In this document: positions 45,885 to 53,400 of the stretch, in pieces | How the letters are laid out: each line of letters starts with the position of its first letter | Position numbering within the stretch: the stretch's first letter is position 1 | From: a virus | Taxonomy: Duplodnaviria; Caudoviricetes | DNA length: 62,920 bases | Strand: one strand, 5' to 3' | Virus record (IMG/VR): IMGVR_UViG_3300037808_000193 | Location: 1-62,920 of that record | Notes under the pieces: model-generated | Databases searched by the model: none | What the model was told of the DNA's origin: nothing | The model's input: the letters and a program-made list of their open reading frames with translations, nothing else | Translations under genes and position numbers: made by a program

Positions 45885-46204
45885 TACTTCCGCTTGAGCT
45901 TGACCTTACGAGGTAACTTGATGTCACTACCATATCTCCTCAGCTGCTTTACTTCGTTCTTCCAGCGGAATGGGGTCATTGGCAAGCAGATGTTACAGAT
46001 CCGGTAGAACTTCCCGTGGTCACAAGGGATGCCGTTGCAATGGAGCTTCTCACAGCGGGAGTACTTCAACCGGCACAGCTCACACCGAGCTTCTCCCTTG
46101 GGTTCCGGCTTCTTGCGTGGCGGCTTCTCAGTCGCCTTCCATGCCTGGAGCTTCGGTCTCGTCTTCTGAGATGAGGATGAGGATTTCTTCTCCGTTGGAG
46201 CCAT
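45884..46204 (-). CDS. Basic Cys-rich protein
   Basis: CELC...C...HC...CDHG...CNIC. Confidence 0.55.
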   Translation of the reverse strand: MAPTEKKSSSSSQKTRPKLQAWKATEKPPRKKPEPKGEARCELCRLKYSRCEKLHCNGIPCDHGKFYRICNICLPMTPFRWKNEVKQLRRYGSDIKLPRKVKLKRK

Positions 46205-46526
46205 AGACCATCACCTCTCCCGTCCCGTAGCTAGTGAAGATCTCGATCATGCCGAGCTTAGTTTCCAAGAGGATCATCACATCATCGTCATCATCTGGCT
46301 CGATGGTGACAACAAGATCTCTGCTTTGGTACTCACCCCAGTAGTGGGCGATCGGAACCTCTCCATGGCGTGAAGAGTTGAGCTGTGCTGGCCAATCAGG
46401 CATCTGGGGTCTCCTTGGTACTGCTCCTGGTCGGCTCCGTATGGAGGCAGTCTTCATCCCCGGCATCGTGGTGAGCACACTCACAATTGGGAAAGACATC
46501 AGCTTCCAAGTTCCACCATGCAGCAC
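46128..46526 (-). CDS. Hypothetical protein (start uncertain, likely MPDWP)
   Basis: Acidic beta-rich ORF. Confidence 0.45.
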   Translation of the reverse strand: MLHGGTWKLMSFPIVSVLTTMPGMKTASIRSRPGAVPRRPQMPDWPAQLNSSRHGEVPIAHYWGEYQSRDLVVTIEPDDDDDVMILLETKLGMIEIFTSYGTGEVMVYGSNGEEILILISEDETEAPGMEGD

Positions 46527-46701
46527 CGAGCTTGGTGCTGATGTGGTCGATGCTCCGCTTCATGCCCTTGTGCCAGTTCATGTCGTTCCGGTCAGTGGTT
46601 GGGCAGTTGCTCATCTCCACACTGAACTTCTCACAGGCGATCATAAGAGCATCGTATTGTGATTCTGTCACTCGTAGAACGAGAGTCTTGGTCGTAGTCA
46701 T
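46396..46701 (-). CDS. Hypothetical protein
   Basis: Ribbon-helix-like N-terminus (LVLRVTESQYDAL). Confidence 0.5.
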   Translation of the reverse strand: MTTTKTLVLRVTESQYDALMIACEKFSVEMSNCPTTDRNDMNWHKGMKRSIDHISTKLGAAWWNLEADVFPNCECAHHDAGDEDCLHTEPTRSSTKETPDA

Positions 46702-46805
46702 ATCGTGTACTCGTCGTACACCTGGCTCTGCTCTTCCTCATCTTGGGTGAGAAAGTAAGCAGCAGCAAATGATCCTACGAAGACACCCGCTAAGAACTTG
46801 AACAT
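46698..46805 (-). CDS. Small membrane peptide (35 aa, not in ORF track)
   Basis: GAGGAGG SD; MFKFLAGVFVGSFAAAYFLTQDEEEQSQVYDEYTI. Confidence 0.6.
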   Translation of the reverse strand: MFKFLAGVFVGSFAAAYFLTQDEEEQSQVYDEYTI

Positions 46806-46832
46806 AGTTCCTCCTCACGAGTGATCTTATCA

Positions 46833-47252
46833 CTAATGAGGGTGGGGGTGACACTGCCACTGACGCCACGGGTTTCCGTGTTGGCCATCTCGTGCTGTGA
46901 CATCAGCGGCCAGCTCAATGGCAAGAACAGGGTCGTACCTGTTGGCAGAACGTGTTAGGGGTTCTGACCATCCCGACCTCTCAGCTTCCCGGTTCCAGGT
47001 ACCAGCGAGGAACTGGAAGATTCCTCCTGCTGTGCTGTCGGGGTTCTTGGCTGTCGACTTCCATGTGGACTCACACCCGACGACTATCGAGGCCTTCTCA
47101 GAATCAGTCGTCGCATGGTCATCGAACACGTACTCCAGGTATGGACGAATGTTGTTCTCACATTGATCGGGAGTACCACACTCGCTCCTCGCCACCATCA
47201 TCATCCACACCACTAGTAGCAGCTCTCCCACTCTTCTCTCCCTTGAAGTCAA
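46833..47252 (-). CDS. Lysozyme-fold lytic transglycosylase (SLT/Rpf-like)
   Basis: CES.W...A.N..STAGGIFQF...TW...W.QW.C. Confidence 0.82.
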   Translation of the reverse strand: MTSRERRVGELLLVVWMMMVARSECGTPDQCENNIRPYLEYVFDDHATTDSEKASIVVGCESTWKSTAKNPDSTAGGIFQFLAGTWNREAERSGWSEPLTRSANRYDPVLAIELAADVTARDGQHGNPWRQWQCHPHPH

Positions 47253-47748
47253 GGTCGATCAGCTGCATAGCGACGGCTAAAGCCTGCAATTGCACATAGG
47301 CAAACGTTCGGTACACGTCCTTATGTCCCTGGACGTGGATCGGCTGATGACCAGACCCAGAGAGTACAGCGTCCAACCCTGGAGATACATCCCCAGCGTG
47401 ACAACAGTCGAACCCGATCCACCACACGTTGGTCTCAGTCACGTCGATGACACCAGCAAAGGTGAGGCCGCCATGGCAATACACCTCATCCTCAATATAG
47501 GGGTAGCCAACTCCATATAGAGGATCACCTTCGGTGACACCTGCATACCCACACCAGTGACCAGTCACGTCATGGCGGAGAGCAAAGCACTTCATCGTCT
47601 TGCCCTGGTAGGTCATGTTCCAGAAGGCATAGTCAGGCTCGGTCATCCATGGGCCATCTGCCCAGGTGCTCTTGTCGATGTGCCTGTCTTGCCCCGAAAC
47701 TAGCCCGCTGATGGTGTCAGCCAGCTGCTCAATCGTCTCGGTCATCAT
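47158..47748 (-). CDS. Conserved phage hypothetical protein
   Basis: GHWCGY.GV...HGGLTF...WWIGFDCCHAGD...YRT..YV. Confidence 0.75.
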   Translation of the reverse strand: MMTETIEQLADTISGLVSGQDRHIDKSTWADGPWMTEPDYAFWNMTYQGKTMKCFALRHDVTGHWCGYAGVTEGDPLYGVGYPYIEDEVYCHGGLTFAGVIDVTETNVWWIGFDCCHAGDVSPGLDAVLSGSGHQPIHVQGHKDVYRTFAYVQLQALAVAMQLIDLDFKGEKSGRAATSGVDDDGGEERVWYSRSM

Positions 47749-49012
47749 CTTTGTCCTTCATGTCCTGAGCTTGGTCATACGTGATCTCGCTGAACTCACC
47801 ATCGTTGGGTAGGAACTTCGTCCAGAAGGTGATCCCATCACGTCCGTGCCGATACTTTGCCAGGTTCACCCGGTGAACAGAGCGGGAATACTGCTGCAGC
47901 ATGATCACGGCGTCAGCGTCTTGGCCGATCGAGTCTCCGTAGGCCAGATTCTCTACTCCTGGGATGTCACGCTTTCCTGCCCCGGCCCTGTTCAACTGAG
48001 CAGCTGTGACGATGGGGACCTGATAGCTCATCGCCAGAGTCTTCAGTTCACCCGAGAGTTTCTGCACTGCCCTCCAGTCGTCACCGATCATGGACATCAG
48101 CGTCATGTAGTCGATGAACACCACATCGGGCTTGTTGCGCTCGATGAGGCTGGCGATCTCTAATGGACCTACCTGGCCTCGACCACGGTCAGAAACATGG
48201 AGCCTGCCTGGGTAGTGACCCGGCACCTTCTTGAGCCAATCCCTATATGTAGAGGGACCAACATGACCAGTGGTGAGTTCCTGACTAGTGAACTTCAGGT
48301 GACCCGCTGCCTTGTGCATCTGGTTGCTCATCACGGTGTGAGCCCTGACGAGAATCTGTTCTCGTGGTTGCTCCAACGAACAGAACTGCACTGCGTACCC
48401 GGCTTTGACGGAAGCGACTGCCATGTTGACGAGAGCCCAGGTCTTGCCTTGCCCGAGACGAGCACCGACCACCCAGAGGTGGCCTGGCATGGGTCCACCA
48501 GTCCTTGCGTCGAGCGTGTCGTATCCGGTGGGTGTACCCGATGCCCCGTGCTCTTTGATCCTGGCAGCGAGGCCTCTGATGTACCGATAGGCAGCATCGA
48601 AGTCGGCTATGGCGTCATGATCACCATCGGCTCCATCCAGCTCTGTTCTCAGCCCGACGATGCCGAGGTGAAGCTCACGCAGAACCTCATCGACCATGCC
48701 CCTGTCCTCGATGCCCTCTACACCCCGTTCAAGGAGCCGCTTGAGCACGAACTGGGAGTGCTGGGCATGGACCTCTTCTACTAGGGGCTTGGCCTCTCCT
48801 GCGTCGGTTCTCAGGATCTTGAAGTCTGGGAAGCGGGACTTGAAAGAGTTCTGGCCTGGAGACTTTGCGTACTTGGTGACGAACCTCTCAATCCACACCC
48901 ACTCTTTCTTGTGGATGTGGAAGTGGTTCGAGTTCACCCCATGCTTTGCTGCAGTCCGGTAGTCACGATGCTTGACCACATAGCTGATCAGCACCGATTC
49001 TGGATTCGCCAT
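47729..49012 (-). CDS. dnaB: DnaB-like replicative helicase
   Basis: PTGY..LD..TGG, GARLGQGKT, SLEQ, FIDY, AAQLNR, IGQDAD, KYRHG. Confidence 0.93.
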   Translation of the reverse strand: MANPESVLISYVVKHRDYRTAAKHGVNSNHFHIHKKEWVWIERFVTKYAKSPGQNSFKSRFPDFKILRTDAGEAKPLVEEVHAQHSQFVLKRLLERGVEGIEDRGMVDEVLRELHLGIVGLRTELDGADGDHDAIADFDAAYRYIRGLAARIKEHGASGTPTGYDTLDARTGGPMPGHLWVVGARLGQGKTWALVNMAVASVKAGYAVQFCSLEQPREQILVRAHTVMSNQMHKAAGHLKFTSQELTTGHVGPSTYRDWLKKVPGHYPGRLHVSDRGRGQVGPLEIASLIERNKPDVVFIDYMTLMSMIGDDWRAVQKLSGELKTLAMSYQVPIVTAAQLNRAGAGKRDIPGVENLAYGDSIGQDADAVIMLQQYSRSVHRVNLAKYRHGRDGITFWTKFLPNDGEFSEITYDQAQDMKDKDDDRDD

Positions 49013-49060
49013 CTACTTATCACCTCACGTGTTGTAATCATCAAGGTATCCCAGAAAGGA

Positions 49061-49112
49061 AGAAGGTGCCAGGACCCCTCTCCCCCGACGGGATGAAGTC
49101 CTGACACCTTCT
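49061..49112 (-). terminator. Long hairpin ending the late (structural) transcript
   Basis: AGAAGGTGTCAGGAC...GTCCTGGCACCTTCT followed by TCCTTTCT. Confidence 0.6.
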
Positions 49113-49168
49113 CGCAGTCAAACGTGAGGTGAGTCACTGCTTGATCTACATCATAGGTGATTACAACA

Positions 49169-49501
49169 TCAGATGTCTATCACCGTGCAAGGCCCGTAGG
49201 CGATGGTGTTCGTGAGACCTCCGATGGTCACACGCAATCGGTACCAGTAGATGCCGGGTACCGGGATGTCTGAGTTCGACACGCTGACGATGCATACCCC
49301 ATCGGTGTCGTCACCCGAGACAGAACCTGCCTGGCTGAACTGCAAGTTCTCGTCGCTGTTGTTGTCGTAGACGTAGAGGGTGATGTTTGTCTGGCCGGTG
49401 AAGTCGTACTTGCCACGGGTCCCATCAGCCAGCTTGCGTCGGACGGTGAATGACAGCTGCGGGTCATCACCATGCTGTAGCTCGATCGGGTGACGGCTCA
49501 T
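49169..49501 (-). CDS. BppU-like Ig-fold structural protein
   Basis: GDD..L.FTV...DFTG...G.C.V...D...PG.Y.Y.L.VT. Confidence 0.65.
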   Translation of the reverse strand: MSRHPIELQHGDDPQLSFTVRRKLADGTRGKYDFTGQTNITLYVYDNNSDENLQFSQAGSVSGDDTDGVCIVSVSNSDIPVPGIYWYRLRVTIGGLTNTIAYGPCTVIDI

Positions 49502-49632
49502 TGGCAGGATTCACATCCCTCTGGGTTCTCCAGATCACAGGCTTCGTAGTCGACCTCGATCGGCTCGTCCTCTTCAGCCATCCATTCATCAAGATCGTCA
49601 AGATCCTGCTCGCCCACGTTGATCAAGCTCAC
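49498..49632 (-). CDS. 44-aa acidic peptide ending ACDLENPEGCESCQ (not in ORF track)
   Basis: GTGA/ATGA-coupled on both sides. Confidence 0.75.
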   Translation of the reverse strand: MSLINVGEQDLDDLDEWMAEEDEPIEVDYEACDLENPEGCESCQ

Positions 49633-50333
49633 GTTGTCCTCTTCCCTACCTTCACCCCGATGGTGACCAGGATGACTCCTGCTGACGCCAAGAGTAGTGC
49701 CAGGTATGCAATGGCAGTGGAGCTACTCCCGGTGCAAGCCAAGCCGCCAGGAGGGCACTCATCCTCTGGAGGAGTCGGGATGGTGGTCGTCACCACAGGA
49801 GTAGAGGTGGTGGTGTCGATGTGAGGCCTGGTCGTGGTGGTGATGACGGGAACAGTGGTAGTGGTGCTCGGCGGGGAGCCTGTGCAACCAACGACCGTCA
49901 CCATGGCCAAGACACTGTTGGCTGAGTCAGCAGGGGTATTGCCATGGACAACACGCCACTGGGTCTTCGAGCCCCGTTCGTAGGTACCGAGCGGGATGTC
50001 GATCAGCTCGATCACATCATCGGGAAGATCGGGAGACAGTGCAGTCACTGTCCCATCGTCGAACTCCACGTAGACGTTCTCCCCGGCCTGGATCTTGTCA
50101 GTCGGGTGAGACTCGTAGTCAGCGAGGTGAGTGACGGTGACGATGAACTCATCACCAACGGGGACACTGACCCAAGCAGTAGGTCCATCCCCGGCAACGA
50201 AACGGGCCGACTGAACGGAAGTCGTCTCACAGTAGGGAGCAAAGTAGTCGGGGTCTTCTTGAGCCCCCGCTTCATTGGTCATGCCTACGAGTAGTGAGCA
50301 GATCACCATCGTGACAATGATTCGGAATTTCAT
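49629..50333 (-). CDS. Secreted cell-surface protein with an LAxTG-type sorting signal
   Basis: Signal peptide (AGA-QE), Thr/Pro stalk, LACTG, TM helix and basic tail. Confidence 0.8.
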   Translation of the reverse strand: MKFRIIVTMVICSLLVGMTNEAGAQEDPDYFAPYCETTSVQSARFVAGDGPTAWVSVPVGDEFIVTVTHLADYESHPTDKIQAGENVYVEFDDGTVTALSPDLPDDVIELIDIPLGTYERGSKTQWRVVHGNTPADSANSVLAMVTVVGCTGSPPSTTTTVPVITTTTRPHIDTTTSTPVVTTTIPTPPEDECPPGGLACTGSSSTAIAYLALLLASAGVILVTIGVKVGKRTT

Positions 50334-50465
50334 CTCGCCTCCACGGCCAGGTAATAGGTATGACTTATTACCTTATCACCTTTTGAAATTATGAAAATCC
50401 CTACTAGTTACCTAATCAGCTACTACCAGATACCTCCGGTATCTAGTACTACCTGACATGGCCTG

Positions 50466-53400
50466 TCAAATTTCGTGAGTGATTTCTTGAGAAGCTGTGA
50501 TCTGTTCACCGCTTGTGTCTTCCGCTACTACCTCATGTTCGTAGCTCACAAGAACATCAATCTCTGACTGGTCGAGGGAGACAACTTCTGTTCCCGCTTC
50601 AATTTCGATTCGGTGTTGGAAGTACCTACTTGCCCGGTACAGGAACTCAGTGACGACAGTGCTGAGTGTTCCGGCAAACGTGACAGCGCCAGTGAAGGCC
50701 CTATGCAATGTTGAAGCGTTGGATTCAGTTCCCGATGGTGACAAGGTTCCATCGAGTGATGCACTGACCTTCTTTGTTACCTGGCCAGTACTACTGGTCG
50801 TGCCGGTAGTTGTCTTGCGGGCCTTCTTGACAAGAGCACCAGCCCAAGTCATTGCTCCAGCCATGGCTCGACGGAAGGTACCGGAGGTGGAAACAGCTCC
50901 AGAACTGCTGAGAGAGCCTGAGAGCGGGTGTGAGGTCTTCCTGCTCAAGGTGCTGCTGGAGGACACAGAACCAGTCACCGCTCGTCCTGTGAGATTCTGA
51001 AGCACTCCTGACGGGGTGATGGCACCTACCAGGGACAGGAGCTTCAGCTTGATCGTGCTGATCGTGGCCTCAGGGGTGATGGTCCCCTCAGTCGAGATCT
51101 GGGCTTCCTTCGTGATCCCGCCACTAGAGGCCAAAGACCCAACCTTCGAGGTGAACACCTTCACCTTGAGAAGACCGGCCATGGTGACCGTGCCCACGAC
51201 AGCCAAGAACTCTGCCGAGAGGGTCGCGAGGGTTCCTGCAAAGGTCACCACTCCCGACAGGGTGGTGGAGACACCCTTGATCAGAGTGTTGGTCGGGGTG
51301 ATCGTTCCATCGACCACCTTCCCCACCTTCCTGCTCAGGGTGGCCGAGGAGGAGACAGATCCTGAAGAGGAAATGCCTGGCTTCTTGAGCATGGAGCCCG
51401 CACTGGAAATAGCTCCCAGCACTGAGGTCGAGACACCCTTGGTGATAGCCCCTGCCGAGGTCACAGCTCCGGTCAGAGCAAGGACAGCAGAGCGGACAGA
51501 AGACTGGACACCCGACGGGACAAGACTGCCCCCAAGTAGCACCTTTGCCCTGTTCAGGAGGGTGCCAGCACTGGACATTCCACCGGACATCGAAGTGGAC
51601 GTTCCACGGGCCAAAGTGGCATCAGGAGTGACTGTTCCAGCGACCACCTTCTGGGCCTGATTGGTAAGCACTCCTGAACTACTGGCTGATCCAGTGAGGG
51701 AACGCTGAACCTTCATCACCAAAGAACCAGCAAGACTCATGGTTCCGGCTATTGCCTGCTGGACCAACCCAGCGATGTAGTTGGTGGCCAGGGTGGCGGC
51801 AGAGGTGACTGCTCCCGCCAGTTTCTTCCCTGCCTTGTTGAGCAAGGTTCCCGAGAGAGGACCAATCACCACGATGTCGTCGTAGTAGGTGTCCATCGGG
51901 TTGAGGCTGTCGTCGTAGTCCTCACCAGGACGGAGCGATACACGGATGTTGTCGTAATCGGCAGTAGCTGTACCTGTGATGGTGTGCTTGGTCCAGTCGG
52001 ACTCGATGGTCAGCTCGTTGGTGCCGATGTAGGCGATCCACTCTGAAGCAGTCCACCCATCGTCGTATGCCTGCAGACCCATCCAGCCCTCGGAGTTGGT
52101 GACTCGACCAACAGGCGACCCCGTGTGCTTGACCCAGAACTCCAGAGTGAAGGTGGCCCCTGACTTGATGGGTGAGTGACCGATCCCGGTGGTGGTTGCA
52201 ATGTAGTGGTCTGCAGTAGTCCCGTCTTCGAGGTAGTGGAAGCTCAGGGTGCCGCTGTGGGCCTCAGAACTGGACTCTTCCCACGTGTCGGCACCGATCG
52301 GGTTGTACCAGCCACCGATGTCGTTGGCACCACCCGTGTCATCGGCATTGATGGTGTGTTGATCCCCGAGCTGACCTACCAGCGACTTCTGGGCCTGCTT
52401 GACCAAGGCCCCAGCACTGCTCACAGTTCCTGTGAGGGCACGAGAGATCTGACGCACCAGAGTGCCAGCAGATGTCACGGCACCCGTCAGTGGCTTCTGA
52501 GTCTGCTTCACGAGGGAACCAGCAGATGTCACAGAGCCCGTCAGAGAGCGCACGAAGGCCGAGACAGTGCCCAACACCCCTGAAGAGGTCAGAGAGCCGC
52601 TCAGCGTGGTCTGGGTCTCCTTGACGAGAGTGGAGCCGAAGGTCATGCCGCCTGACAAGGACAGCATCTTCAGGAAACTGGTTGCCAGAGCACCAGCGGA
52701 CGACATGGCTCCGGTGAACGCAAGCTGAGCCTGCTTGACCAGGACACCGGCCGATGTCACTGCACCAGCCAGCACCTTGGAGGGCTTGCGTGCCAGAGTG
52801 CCTGCCGATGAGATTGAGCCCGTGAGTGGCTTCTGAGGTTCCTTGGTGAGCTGACCCACACTGTCGATGTCCCGCATCTGAGCCAGCGTCAGGGCCTGAT
52901 CAGTAATCATCAGGAAGTCGAAGTCGACCTGACTACTGACGACCCCGAGGTCGGGAGAGAACCACGGGTCAGTACCAGCGAGGTGGAAGCCGGTGCCGAG
53001 GGTGTAAGTGTCGTCAACCTCAAACTCACCATCGAGGTACAACGAGCCGGTGCCATCGCTGCGGACAACCCACCCGATGGTGTGCCACTCGTCATCGCTG
53101 ACGTGACCCATCGGCCCGCCGTAGATGGACTGGTTGGCTCCACCCGAACTGTCAATCCTGAGGTACAGCCGGGAATTGGTGCCGTCCTGTGAGATCACCA
53201 ATCCACTCGTGCCGTAGTTCATCCATGAGAACCAAGTCCTGTAGCTGGCGTCGACTTGGTTGCTCTTGAAGCGGAACATGATGGTGGTGTCACCACCCGA
53301 GGCAAAGCCTGCTGGCATGTCGAGCTGGAGCTGTTCGGTCACTGCCTCGGTGTCTCGGAAGCCACGACCAGAGAGGCCGTCGACGAAGGTGGAGATCGTC

